Positions 34,261 through 47,035 of a stretch of DNA of 64,000 nt are shown in pieces. The stretch's first letter is position 1. Every line of letters begins with the position of its first letter. The notes beneath the pieces are model-generated. The model was not told the origin of the DNA. It ran no database searches and was given only the letters and a program-made list of their open reading frames with translations. Both the position numbers and the translations under genes were made by a program. Source of the DNA: Pelagomonas calceolata (lineage: Eukaryota); contig CAKKNE010000006.1 of the NCBI GenBank assembly GCA_918797485.1, forward strand, positions 1,612,001 through 1,676,000, given 5' to 3'.

Positions 34261-35183
34261 GATTTTTGCAAAACGCTAGGCGTTTGCCTCGCTGCGGAGC
34301 GTTTTTATGTGCTGCTTTCAGTGGCAACGCGCGGACTCATGCCGACTTTCGGGGACCAGTCGTCAAATTTCGGCACGTGCCCGTGCGCCAAAGGGAATCT
34401 GTGAATAGAGGGTCTTAAGGAATCGGTAACGCATTTTTAGTATCACTAAGACAAATCTACGATTAGACCCTGATCATATATAGCGGTACCCGCTTTTTAC
34501 GCCCGGGCCGGGCCGGTGTGAGAGTAGTCACGGTCCCACGTCAGTAAATAATAAATTAATTAAATAAATCAAATCATCATGATATAAATAAATAAATGAA
34601 GCCTGAGACCTAAAAAAGAAAGGAACAAGCTCCTAAGAGCCCTCTCCCTGCTCAGTCAGGATACCCAACCGGAGCAGTAGTATAGGCCCGTCGGGCCGGG
34701 GGGTTTGTATACCATACTTTATGTCCGACTCGGAGTCCCCGGCCCGGGGCCATCATGATCATGATCCTGACGGATACTACTTCCTAGTATCATTCAATTT
34801 GGGTAAATGCTTGCCCATCCCCCACTAATCCCCAATGATAATCGCCTGGGAATTCCCCGGGCCCGAGGTTCTGGCGGTTATAGTATAGCCTCAGCCTGAC
34901 CGTGACTCGGACTCGGAGGCTCCACATTGAGTCCACAAGCCGCCTCCTTGCGCGACTGAGCACCAGCCTGACGTTGAGTGGCAACGGTCAACCGTGACTT
35001 AAAAGTTCAGTACCTCTGACTCAGCGAGCACGGGCCCGGCCTCATCATGATGCTGCCGAGATTGGTCACCGTGACGGCGGGGGACTACATGAAGTTGAAG
35101 GGACCAAAGGTAATACTTGTAGTATTTACAACAAAAAACTACCGTGAAGACTACATATAGGCACCAAATGCTTGCCAGCACGG

Positions 35184-36329
35184 TCACGCTCGTTTCCTAC
35201 ACCGCCGCCGCGCGACAAAACGAGCGAACCATGTGAGTCCCACGACGACCAAAGCAGATATCCCCGCAGCCACGAATCTAGAAGTGGACCTTGGCGTCTC
35301 AGGAATCTCAGGCGGTGAGAGAGGCCGCCAGGGCGCATTAAAGCCATCAGGGCCTTTCATAATGATAAATGGCGGATGGCCCTTACCAACGTGCGCCTTC
35401 GACCAGATCCCAGCCTCAAGCACCATTTCATACGCGTCCCTTTCGTTGCGCCCAGATCCAACAATCTCCAGATAGTCCGCTGGTTTGCCATCGATCCAAT
35501 TGCCACCGAAGAAATCGCTGACTGCTGCGACGTCTATCCGCGGGTAACCTTGCTCTAGGTCGCCGGGTCTCGGCCGCGAAAAATAGCGCCGCACGCGGAG
35601 GCTAGTCGGGTAAGCTGCTTCGAGCTTGGCGAATTCGCGCCCGAACACCACTCTAGAGGCGTCGCGGTCCAAGATGGCCATCCTTACCTCCGCGCCGCGT
35701 TCCAATAGGCGTTTGCCGAGCGGGAGGCACTCATTGACACCGATGCCAAAGCACATCATCGCGACTCGACGCGAATCTCGGTGGTAGTCCATCGCGCGGA
35801 TCTCTGGAACCTAGGCCACGGCGTTAAACGTGGCGTGTTTAAAAAAAAACGCCGGGTGGCGCGTGCGCAAGCGCGCCGACTTCGAGCGCCCCCAGATACG
35901 CAGACACCCCTTGTCTGTCGACGTAGATCTTGACGGCGAGCTCAAACCCGTCGGCATCCATCACCACGAGGCTGTACGGCCGGAGCCTGCGAGAATTTCC
36001 GGTCCTGTTCCATGAAGACAACAAAAAGAGGCAACTGGGCGAATTCTAGGCACCGAGCGTGACAAATTTTTGCGGAAAACTCCGTCAGGCGCCGGGGCGC
36101 GGACGTGCACGTGGATGACTCCGTCGGCCCCTTCGCAGCACGACGGCGCCCCCCCGAACGTGCTTGGCCAGGCAAATCGGAGGCGGTGGACTGCTGGGTC
36201 CGTCTCGCTCGCGGCGACGAGCACCTCGCGTGAGAGTAGTGCGCACTGGGTCCCCTTGCGGGGCGCAGCGAGGTGCTCGAGGCTCCGCACGACATGGCCG
36301 GTTCGGCCAAGAATCTCGCCGCGGGGCAT
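35184..36329 (-). CDS. Ferredoxin-NADP reductase / cytochrome b5 reductase-like flavoprotein with C-terminal TM; about two short introns (GC-AG 35811-35862, and one near 35987-36063 with uncertain boundaries)
   Basis: HRLRF, RPYS, FELAVKIY..GVSAYL, AMMCFGIGV motifs distributed over three frames. Confidence 0.55.
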
Positions 36330-36794
36330 GTGTATATGCGCTAGCTGCGAAGCATCTTCGCTGCGTATTGCGTGCGCTGCCACGACATGTCTCAAATCAC
36401 GATACTGTGTAGGTATGTTAGGATACGGTGAGATACCGATACTTAACGGTTATGTCCACCGGCCGGTGTTTTTCAGTCCCGGGCCTCAAAATTTCGGTGC
36501 AGCGTGGGATTTCTGGCGCGCCAAGAAACGAACATATATATACAATATATATACATTGAGGGCCCGGGCCCGGGGGTGATCCTGTCGACTCAGGCTCGGA
36601 CTCGGAGTATAGACCACGACTCCTCCGCTCCGAGAAATCCAGGGTAACCCGAATTTACCTGGACGTGTTAGCGGCTCGGAAGGCGTGGTCTAAACGCGAC
36701 AGGGGGAGGCTGCGCACGGGTTGCACGTGCCAGTTTTCTGAGCCTCAGTTTCTCACTCGCTTGCCGCCAACGCCGGTGAACTACAAACGGCAAC

Positions 36795-37839
36795 ATGCTA
36801 GCCGCCCTTTTGTTTCTCACCGCCCCCTACGCGGCTGCCGAGATCATCAATCTCGATAAAGGTAGCCAGGGGAGCTGCTACGATGGGACGACGCATGTGG
36901 TGCGTCGCGCCCCCCAAACACGGGTTGTTTGTTTATCCGTCCCCACCCCATAGGTAACGTGCTTCATCGACAACGTGACGTGCGCGGCGATGGGTAATAC
37001 GCCGTACGAAGCGGGGTTCATTTCCAACTACGGCGGCTGCTGCCATTGTAATTCGAACTGCGACCACACTAAGGAGACAGGCACGGACTGCAGCTACTAC
37101 GACACAAGCTCCGGAAGCTGCTATGACGGATCGACGCACGCTATCACGTGCGACGTGACGCAATCGACGTGCGAGGCCACCACCGGCAACGTGTGGTACG
37201 CTGCGGGTACTGTGGGAAGTAACGGTTGCTGCCACTGTGGCGAGCTGTGCGGAAATCAACAGTGAGTCAGGGTATCCTGAGGACTATTGCGAGACACACC
37301 TTCGTCAACCTCAATGCCATCGAGCAGACTCAGTCTCGGGGACAGCGTCGCGTTGATGGTTTGGCACCTCCACGCCATAAATTTGACACAGTTGTGGGAT
37401 AACATCACGTCGAATGCGCGGGGCGCCTGAAATTATAATTCACACAGGTGACGAGACCTGCGACCACTCGCAAGAGACTGGGACGAACTGCCAGGCCTCG
37501 TACTACGACGAGTCCCAGAGCGACGGCTCGTGCTACGACGGAACGACGCACGTGGTCACGTGTGATGTCGGACACGCAGACTGTGAAGCCCTGGGTCACG
37601 CCTGGTACGCCCCGGGCTACATGTCCGGTTACTCGGGCTGCTGCCACTGCGAAGAATCTTGCAACCACGATCTCGAGACGCCGGCTGATGGTGTTGACTG
37701 CTCCACAAGGTACTACGACGTATCACCCTCGCCGACCCGCGGTCCGACCGCCGCCAAGACTGTAGCGGCCGACGCTGCCGCTGCAACTACCGTGGGCATC
37801 CTCGCTGCCGCCGCAGCTGGCGCCGCGGCGCTCCTCTAA
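36795..37839 (+). CDS. Secreted, probably GPI-anchored protein of three tandem Cys-rich GCCHC modules; exons 36795-36899, 36954-37236, 37448-37839
   Basis: MLAALLFLTAPYAAA signal peptide; GSCYDG(T/S)TH..TC.....C.....Y..G.....GCCHC...C(D/N)H..ET three times; PT linker; hydrophobic tail; both introns splice in frame. Confidence 0.8.
37237..37447 (+). mobile_element. Introner element (211-nt intron) in the opposite orientation to the 3727 element
   Basis: TSD gtggcgag/gtgacgag (7/8); its 5' end ctgtgcggaaatcaac.agtgagtcagggtatcctgag matches the reverse complement of the 3' end of the 3727 element. Confidence 0.88.
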
Positions 37840-38327
37840 GCGACACCAGAATGTGGCCTCCAAGCCTGGACGGAAGGCCACATGAAAATTCACGCCCCCC
37901 CTGATCAGCTCGCCTCTTGCAGGCTGGAGTAGGACCGCCGACCCCAGCGCGCGGGTCCTCCTTGAGCTCCCTTGCTAAGTCCCCACTTGATCTAGTTGAT
38001 ATGATACAGCCTGAGAACGGGATTATCCCAGCAATCGCCCCTGAACTTACCCCGTCTTGTGGCGCTGAAGTCGGTGCCTGGCCACTTCGCTGGCCAGCCG
38101 AGCTCCGAACCGCTTTCCGAACCCGGGCCCGGGGCCCTCGGAGCAATGGTCCTCTCGAAAGCCTGACTCGAGTCGAGACCCGAGCCTCAGACGGTCAGAC
38201 CCCGGACTGGTCGTAGAATTGGACTCTAGCACTACAAGTAGTACCAACTTGAAGACCAGCGCATCGAGCACTAGCCGTAGTAGCAGCAGCTAAAACTTCA
38301 ATTAGATGCAGAGTAGCAGTAAGGATT

Positions 38328-41300
38328 TCAGAGCAGGTCTTCTCCAGGCTCGTGCCTGGGACCCTTGACGTCGTCGCGCGACGCGCGCGCCGTGTCTCCC
38401 TCGCCGGCGTCCGTGGCGGCGTGCCCGAGGCCCGGAAGCTCGAACGCGTCGGTCGTCGGCACGTCGACGGCGGTCGCCTCGCTGTCGTCGACCGGCGCCG
38501 GCGACACGCTGCGGTCGGGCATGACGACGAGGACGGCCGGCAGTACGACCAGCGCGGCGACGGCGCTGAGGAACGTGTGCGCGCAAATGAGCGTCCCGAG
38601 CTTGTAGAACGGCTGAATGATGCAGAACAACAGGAAGATGGCCGCGCCAAAGGTTGTGGCGGCTGCTGCCGCCACGGGCGCGCCCACCTCGCCGAGCGCG
38701 CGCCTGAGCTGCTGGAGGCGGCTGCCTCGGATCATCTCGCCCGCACACGCGTAGCGGAACGCGCGGTCGACGTGCAATGCGTAGTCGACCGAAACCCCCA
38801 CGAAAATCGTGAAGGAAATAGCCTCAATGATGCCGATCTTCCAGCCGAGCATCCACGTGATCAACGAAGCTAGGAGAGCATTTATCCACACAACACACGC
38901 CAGGATGAGACCGGTATGCGCGACGGCCCGCGTCAATGCCAAAACGCAAAAGAAGCACGAGCAGACCGACAAGGTCGCGGCGACGAGCGAATTCTCGACG
39001 ATGTTCGCCTCGAGGCTCGCCATGACCTCCTGCGACGAGGCGAGCAGCGCCCGTCCCACGCCGGCCGGCCGCCCGTCCGCGCGCTCGTCCAGATAGTCGC
39101 GCCACTCGCGGAATACATCGAGACGGTCCTCCACGGACGAGTCCCGGCGCACCGTCAGCACGATATGGTCGCGAATCCACGTCGCCTCGTTCGTCGCGCA
39201 GTCGAAACCGATCCACTCCTCGACGCGAGACCCATCCAACAGCACGTTCGACTGCCGAAAGTCGGCGAAGAGCTCCACGAACTTGTCGCGAGGCTCCACC
39301 GGCAGTCTCAGGCCTTTCGGCGCAAGGAACTTGGTCTCGAAGATGTCGAGGAGGCAGACGGAGTGCGCGGTGTTTGCTTTTAGTTTCGACTTTCCAACCG
39401 CGTTCAGACACGAGTCTCTCACATAAACTTGCACGTCCGGGTCGGCCAGATCAAAGGCTCTGCGGTACCGAGGCCGCCCGGAACGGAACCGGGCCGTAGG
39501 GCGACCGGGCCGCTGCTTGAGGCCGTGGACGAGGTCGAGCGAGACCATCACGCCGGGATCCAGCGTCTTTGAGTCCTCCGTCTCACACCGCGTCCCCGAA
39601 AAACCAGCGTAGCATTCGCACCTATTTACACCGCCACTGTCGTCGTTACATTCGCCGGCGCCGCTGCAAAAAAAGTCGTCAGTACAAGTCGTCGGCGCGA
39701 TTGTCGGTTGCGGCCCAACGGGCGCTTTGGTAGGCAGCGGCACGGGCGCTCTCGTCGGCGCGACGGTCGTAGGCGCAATTGTTGGTTTCGTCGTGCCGGC
39801 AGGTGCTCTGGTCATCGTCGGGGCGTGCGAAGGCGACGGACGTGGAAAAGCCGTCGGGCGCGGCGTCGGTCGCAGTGTAGGGTCCGTATTTGTGACTTTG
39901 GTCGTCGGCGCGGGGATTGGGCGCGACGTCGGCGCCGGCTTAGGTGCTTCAACGTCCACGCTGACGTCGCCGCCCGCGGAGGAGAGGCCGCCTCTGTCCG
40001 CCTCGGCGCCAAAATATTCGGCGAGGTCATGCACCAGCCCCAAATTGTGGCTCCGGAGAAAGAAGCGTGGTGGCTCGTCGTCGGCCTCGAGGGTCGCCGC
40101 CGTCGATACGAAGCCCATGACCGCCAGGGCCAGCGCCGCGACGAGGATGACCTTGTGGAAGCGCTTCACCGCCGTCGGGAGCGTGCGCCCAAAAAATTGG
40201 TCCACGGCCGCCCAGGACTTGAAGCGTTCGAACGCCTCTCCAAGTTCGGCGGGCGTCGCGACGATGAGCGAGACCCGACCCCAGAGGGGCCGAGCTTCTT
40301 CCTCGGCCGGCTGGGGCTCTGCCGCGGCTTGAAGCGGGTTTGAGCCCGGCTCCGCGGACCGCGCGGTGAGCTCGACGGATTGCGCCACGCAGACGCTAGG
40401 TTCATCGACACCGACAGAGGCTGGCGTCGGCGGTCGCCATCGTGCGCGGAGCACGAGCGCGGCGGGAAAGACGAGCATCACGAACGCAAAGTTGACGAGG
40501 ATCAGTGTCCCGACGAAGACGCCGAACGACCGGAGCGCTGGCAATGTCGAATAGGCATTCGTGAAGAACGACGCCGCACTACTAATAGAAGTGACGGCCA
40601 TGGACGCGCCCGCCGCGCGATACGATGCCGTCAGGATCTCTGGTAATGTTCTCGACGGTCCTCGGTCCACTTCTGCCTTCCACACGTCGAAGAGTAAAAA
40701 GCTGTCGTCCGCACCGATTCCCGCGATGATGAACAGACCGAGGAAGTTCAACACCTGTGTGCAAATCGACAATTGAGTCGGGTGCGCTGGTTGAATCGAG
40801 CGGCGGGAGGCCCACACCGCCACGCCATCGAGCAGGTGTCGCGGCGATGGCATGGAGGCCAGGATTTAGCCGTGGGCGAGAACGCCGCCAGATTTGATTT
40901 GTGCACTGTTTAGCACATAAAATTGCTCGATACCAAAGATCACGCGGTGTAGGTACACGCCGATCGGGACGGACACGAGGACCTGGGCCATGGCCACGGC
41001 CGCGACGCTGGGCGACCGCGTGTGGATCACCATGCAGAGCGCGACGAAGATCAGGGACCCAATCGCCAGCAAGGAATCGTGCGTCACGGCCTCTTCGACC
41101 TCTATATCGTTCAGATCACCATTCAGCCAGCAGACCCGCGTGTCCTTTGTCGACGCGCTTTCTAACATCGGTAAGACATATTCTTTGGCCCACTTTCTGA
41201 ACATGTCCCGGTCTGTGATGCTGAAGAAAATTTCTGATACAGAGACGTTTGACTGCGGGTGGAAAATATTAAAGTAGACGTCGAAGAAGTAGCGGCCCTC

Positions 41301-41993
41301 GGGCGTCTTGGCGAATTCCAGCGCCGCGGCGTCGACGTCTTCGACCACGTTCCCATTATTCTGGAAGTAGAATTCGGTCCATGATCGCACGCCAGCGTTC
41401 GAGCACCGTCGATCCTTGCCATCAGGACCGCCGGCGATGTAGCAGTGGTCGTTGAAGTACTCGTTCGATGTGACACGCAGCTCGGTGGTGCGCGCATCTA
41501 AGAGTGACTTCGCTGTGATCACGTTACCCGGCCGTGACCGCGCCGCGTAGATGATCTTGAGGCTTTCCGTCACGCCGACGGCCGCGAGACTGCGATGCGG
41601 CTCAGTGCCGAGACGTCGCCTCGCGTTGCAGAGGCCGAGGTTGAGCGAGGCCTCATGTGCGCTCTCCCAGTTGTCGAGCGAGAACGACGAGAGTTCGTCT
41701 TGCCTTGCGTACTGCTCCAGCGCCGTCACGAGGTGCAAGGAGCGCGCTTGGCCGCAGTCGACGTCGACGAACGCAGCGAGCGAGATGTACCCCGCGTAGG
41801 CGGTGACCAGCGCGGCGAGGCCGAGCGGGCGCCGGCAGACGAAGCGCGCGAGCACCGTCGCCCAATCGTCCCGCGCGGGCTGCGGTCGGTCTTCGTTGTC
41901 TCTATGGTACCAGTCAAATGCTACAAAGCCGGCGAAGGCGAGAATGAAGAGCACGTGGCAGCTGGTCTCGAGGCCGACGGCGCAGTTGCTCAT
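38328..41993 (-). CDS. Dispatched/Patched-family RND protein with sterol-sensing domain and a PT-rich plus EGF-like insert; intron 40755-40916
   Basis: FIIAGIGADD and IFVGVSVDYALH motifs; two TM bundles; CSGAGEC...CECYAGFSGTRC; splice joins EQFY-VLNFLGLF. Confidence 0.85.
40755..40916 (-). mobile_element. Introner element (162-nt intron)
   Basis: TIRs cagtgcacaaatc and gatttgcacacag; TSD gtgctaaa/gtgttgaa (6/8); core ctcgatggcgtgg. Confidence 0.85.
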
Positions 41994-42484
41994 GGCGTGA
42001 GCAGCCCTTTGCGCGAGTCAGAGCGGCGATTTGCGGCGCACGTGCGGAGCTCTCACGCCGCGCCGCCCAGATACATATATATATCGGTACGAGCTTGTAC
42101 CGTAGGTACCTACGGTACCTACCTAAACTAAGCTAGAACCCCAGGCATGCGCCATTCCCTGTGTAGAAGAGGACTAGCGTTATAAATATACTACTGCACG
42201 GCGATCGGTCACGATAACCCCCGGTAACACTGGCAACTTTCCCATACTGTGGCCAACCGGCGGCCATACCGAGGTAAACTTGAATCGCCCCCCTGTAGTA
42301 GTAGTATGTTTATAACACCAGTCCCCCGCACAGGGAATGGCGCATGCCTGGGTGCTAGGTGTCTTGTAGGCTACGTTAGGTAACAACATATGGATATGAT
42401 ACGTTAGGTGCCTGCCGCCTATCAAAGGCACGTGCTCCGCCGGACCAGCGCAGAAATTCCGACTGCGAACAAGGAAACGCAACG

Positions 42485-43699
42485 ATGCGTGCTTTCCTCG
42501 TAGGGCTGCTCCCCTTGGCTGCCGCCCACGATTGCCCCCAGACGGTGTCGACGCCTGAGGCGCTCAAGGGCGCCATTAAAGATGGTGCGCACATCGAGGT
42601 TGCCAGCGACATGGTGATCAATGAAGAAATAGTCATCCCCGCCGGCTACGACGTCGAAATCATGTCAAAAAACCGTGCGATTCTCATTGCGACCAGCGCG
42701 GCTTCACATTTTCGCATTGACGGGAAGCTACGCCTCGAGAACCTGGTGTTGACCAATGGCTCTGCCTCGTACAATTTCTGTTCGTATAATGACGATGGGA
42801 CGGGCGATAGTTGCGGTGGCGGTGCGCTGCACGTTGATGAGGACGCGAAGTTAGTTTTGGTGGATTGCGTGATCGCGAACTCGACTGCACGCTACGGCGG
42901 CGGCCTGTACGCGTACAAATCCGACGTCGAAATCTACGGGACAACCTTTGAAGGAAATCAGATTCTATCTGAGGCAGGCGGCGCGATCTACACGCAGTGG
43001 CACAAGTCGCTTAAAATTGTTGACTCAAAATTTGTCTCAAACACGGCCCCCAAGGCGGGGGGCTTGTTTCTGGGCGGCGACACAGAGATCTCTGGGACGC
43101 AATTTGTCGGAAACAAGGCTGCATGTCTTAGTGGGGATGTACACGGGACATATATGTGCTGGGGAGGAGAGGGCGGCGGGATCTGGCTGCACTCGGGCGT
43201 GGCGACCGTCTCAGGATCCACGTTCGTCAACAATGAAGCGTCAAAGGATGGTCCAGCCATCCACGTCTATGCTGCGACTAGTGCCCTGACCGTTGTATCC
43301 ACGACGTTCCAGGGCAACATTGCCAACGGGACCTCAGCGGATATATCCTACGCAATTCTCACTGCAGGGCCACCGGTGATCGACTGCGAGGCTTCCTGCG
43401 ACAATCTTGGCGGTGGGACCTGTGCCCCCGTCGACTGCATCGGGTGTCCCAAAGGCGACGGTCCCTGCGATGGAGCGACGTGCTCTTGCTACAGCTGCGA
43501 CTGTTTACACCCGTCACTTCCGACCCCTCAGCCCACCGGGCCGTCGCCATCACCGACTGCCTCGTTATCAAGTTCGCCGTGGTGGCAATCATCATGCGGC
43601 GGTACCGATTTTGCGGCGCGCATCGCCGCGTCGCCGCTCGCAGTTGCGGCGGTCCTCGTGATAGCCCTGGCGAATGTTGCCGCGGCATCGCGAGGGTAG
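42485..43699 (+). CDS. Secreted parallel beta-helix protein (polymorphic-membrane-protein-like repeats) with a Cys-rich stalk and hydrophobic C-terminus
   Basis: Signal peptide; alternating GGA(L/I)/GGL and FxxN motifs. Confidence 0.7.
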   Translation: MRAFLVGLLPLAAAHDCPQTVSTPEALKGAIKDGAHIEVASDMVINEEIVIPAGYDVEIMSKNRAILIATSAASHFRIDGKLRLENLVLTNGSASYNFCSYNDDGTGDSCGGGALHVDEDAKLVLVDCVIANSTARYGGGLYAYKSDVEIYGTTFEGNQILSEAGGAIYTQWHKSLKIVDSKFVSNTAPKAGGLFLGGDTEISGTQFVGNKAACLSGDVHGTYMCWGGEGGGIWLHSGVATVSGSTFVNNEASKDGPAIHVYAATSALTVVSTTFQGNIANGTSADISYAILTAGPPVIDCEASCDNLGGGTCAPVDCIGCPKGDGPCDGATCSCYSCDCLHPSLPTPQPTGPSPSPTASLSSSPWWQSSCGGTDFAARIAASPLAVAAVLVIALANVAAASRG

Positions 43700-44122
43700 G
43701 GGGCACGCAATCCGCTCCGAGTCTGAGTCGGCGGCATGTATTGGAGTCTCCGCTTCAAAGGTACTAAAAATGCGGAGCCCTAGGCCGACTCAAGTAAATC
43801 AATCAATTAAGCCCAAAATGGTCACAGTGGTCCACCAACTCGAGCTCGCTACTAAAGTCCGGTCCCTTCCCACGGAGAAGCGTATATGCTTCCACTCTGA
43901 TCATCCGACGGTCAATGATTCGCACGCGACTGGCCCCCGGTCGCCAGTACACGGCAAGTAAATAACGGTGTAGGGGCTCTGTAATATTAACCGATGACCC
44001 CCGAACCGAAGTCTATACTAGCACTCGTACTAGTACTACTCTTAAGTTAAAAGGCGGCCGGGAGCTAGAAGATCAGAACGTCGGAAGCTGCCCAAGGTCG
44101 ACATTACATTAACAGAAACTTA

Positions 44123-47035
44123 CTAATCAGCATATTGCCCCTCGCAGTCAGTACCCGTCTCAAGCGCATGGTCACAGTCTTCCCTGCAGATGCAACAGCC
44201 ACCGATGATGAAATAGTTATGCCCATTTTTACACCAAAATGACCTGTTTTTCCTCTAATCTGCAAGATTTTCGCTCTAAGACGAGCGAAAATTTTCAGAC
44301 ACGAAAAAACACATTTCGTTGATAAAAATGGGTCATAACCATGTGCCCCTTTTTGCCAATTGTGCGCAACACAAACCCGAACCTTCCCCGAAAAATCGCC
44401 GAAACCGACGTTCCTAGGGGGTACATCAGGAAAATAAATTTCGACGTAAATCTCCCCATCCAGACGTGGACACCCCACGCTTACATTCCGACCAACCTTT
44501 CAAATGATCTCGGGGTGGTGGTAGGTGGTGGTGGTAGGTCATTTTGGTGTAAAAATGGGCATAACTATTTCATCATCTGAGCGCGTCACGTACCCGGGCG
44601 CCATCCAGGTGATATATCCTTGATTGGTACACGTTGTTTCGTCCACCCCGCATGAAAAAGACCCCGTCGTGGTGTTAAAGCATGCGCCACCAGTAACAAG
44701 GGCAGTCGGTGCCGATGTGGTCGGGGCGGCCGTCGGCCACTCCGCTGTACCCGTTCCGAGTTCGCAAAGCAACGGTTTGTTCCATCCTTTCGTCATCGTA
44801 GCAGTACTACAATCGGCCTCTCGCCATTCTCGCGTAGTGTAGGAGCGAGTCTGATCGTCGGTGGTGAGAAAGGCACACCGCGGAACCGCCTGGGCCTCGG
44901 CCTGGGGCTCGCCCGCGCGCCACACAGTGAAATCAGATGTTTCGCCAGATGCCCACTCCCACGTCGAACTACTAGCGGCGGCGCGGTAGCCGATCCACAC
45001 ATCTACCCACCCCACGTCTGTGGGTTCGCACCCCACGATGGTGTTCACCACCTGGCTCTCCGCCTCCGAGTTGATCGCGACGATCGAGCCGCCCATGCGC
45101 TCGCAGACTTCCTGCTCCACGGCCCACATCCCGTCGTCCGTCGAGTCTTGATCCGTTCCCGTGCCGGGGTAGCTGTCGTAAAACCGGTAACGAGCCTCGT
45201 ACGAGCCCGTGACCGTGTATTCGTAGCCTTCTATTCTCCCCTGCGCGTCCAGGAGCTCGGCGCGGGTAAGATTCGTCTCACCAACTGGTTTGCACTTGTT
45301 CTGCTCGCAGTAGTAGCTGCACGGCCGTAACCCCGCCTGCACGTGTTCGTATTCGGCGCAAAACGCCGCGTCCGTATTGACATCTTCCTAGAAACGTCGG
45401 ATACAGGACGTTGAACAGCAGCGCGCAAAGAAACACAACGACGAAGACGTGCAACCCGCTTCCGCTTTTGGAAAGATTGCGCGCCGAATCGCCCACCGAA
45501 ACCTCGTCGCGGCCGCGCTTGAGACCCTCGAACGGGTTCATGTAGGTCAGGAATAGTGGGACCTTTCCGTACGCCTGCAGGACGACTTCGAACATCTGAA
45601 ACCAGAACACCTTCCACACGAAGTACGTGCCCTCGTACCCAAAGTAGCGCTCGTATAGCAGCGCGACTCGCGTCTTCTCGCGCCGCTGGCACCGCGCTCG
45701 CTCGCCGAAGCATCCCGCCGCTCGGAGCAACAGAAACGTGTTCGCCGCGTACGGCGCCGCCAGCGCCAGGCCGTACAGACGCAGGACGACGTAGGGCCTT
45801 GAGAAGCCCCGCGTCGGCAGCAACACCGCGCGCGTTACCAGCGAGTCGGCGCCCTTGAGCACGAACGCGTCGACGTAGAGCCACCCGATGGCCGCGCTCA
45901 GCACCGCGGGCACGAGTCGCGCCGCGACGTAGCCCCAGCGGAGAGGGCGGCTCGAGGTCTCGTGCGTCGCCTCGGTGGGTTTCTCCAGGGCCCCCATGAG
46001 ATCCAGCTCCCGCGCGGCTTCGTAGGCGACGTGCTGCTGGTCCGCGATGGCCAGGATTGGCTCGAGATGGATCTGGATCTCGCAGAGGAGCCCGTGATAG
46101 ATCGTGCTCACGTTGACGTCGCGATAGCCTGAAGGCGTCGGTGCGCCCACGAAACGATTCTTGACCTGGACGACGCGGACGGTCCCGGCCACCTCGAGGG
46201 CCGCGAGCTCGTCGCCGAGCGTCCGCAACTCGTCCACCGTCTCGCAGACGATCGAGGCGCGGAGGATATCTCGTAGGCGGCTCACGTCGCCGCCGTAGTC
46301 CATCGCGATCTTCTCGCGAGCCCGGAGGAGGCCCTTGAGCTGCGGCCCGCGCGTCTCGCGCGACGACTCCGCCGGTGTGCGGCCCGCGCGCGCCAGGCGC
46401 TCAACGACGTCCACTTCGAAGCCTCCGACGCGCGCGCGCGCCAGCACGTAGAGCCGGCGCAGGTCGGCCGTCGGCTGGCTCAGCGCGCCAGCGAGCTTGG
46501 CTGGCGCCGGGCCCTTCTTTTCGTCGTTTTCGTGCTCCCGCCATGTGCGTTCGAAGAGCGCACTGATTTCGTCGACGTCCTCGATGAGCACGACCATGCG
46601 CCGGATCGTCGGGATCACGTACACCGCCGCCAGGAATAAGACGACGAGGGGCGCGATCCACTCCGGCGCGGCCGTCGCGACGCTTTTTGTGAGGAACCAG
46701 AAGAATACGACGAGCCCGATCGAGCCGCAGAACACCGAAAGCACGGCTTTGTCGTCCGTTTCGAAGTAGCTCATCATCATCGTCACGAGCGCGAGGTACG
46801 CGCGCCGCTGGAACCGCGCGGCCCGCGCGGCGATCTCGGGCTTGAGCCAGCTCCTGGAGCACGCGGCGCAGTAGCCGGTCTCGCTGCCGTGGAACGCGCC
46901 GCAGTAGCCGCACGGGTACGGCGCCGCAGCCGCCTCCGCCTCGTCCAGCAAACCGGAGGCTTGCGGCGGGGGCCGGCAGCGGTCATCGGGCACCGCCGCG
47001 GCGGGCGCGCCGGCCTCGACCGTAAGGCTCTCCAT
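44123..47035 (-). pseudogene. Inverted paralogue of the RelA/SpoT-receptor gene with a ~2.4-kb internal deletion (frameshift at 45389/45390) and a TIR-element insertion
   Basis: Near-identical to 20852-22500, then jumps to the equivalent of 24906; ends with C-type lectin, PT linker and a GCCxC module, stop at 44123. Confidence 0.8.
44204..44577. mobile_element. MITE-like element, 374 bp, with perfect 42-bp terminal inverted repeats and no visible TSD
   Basis: gatgatgaaatagttatgcccatttttacaccaaaatgacct (44204-44245) is the exact reverse complement of 44536-44577; AT-rich; removal restores GYVTRS-GGCCICREDCDHALE. Confidence 0.85.

Noticed and set aside
44104..44478. 124-aa ORF within the TIR element as a transposase
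   Set aside because: Too short, no DDE or other motif, and it runs across the element boundary
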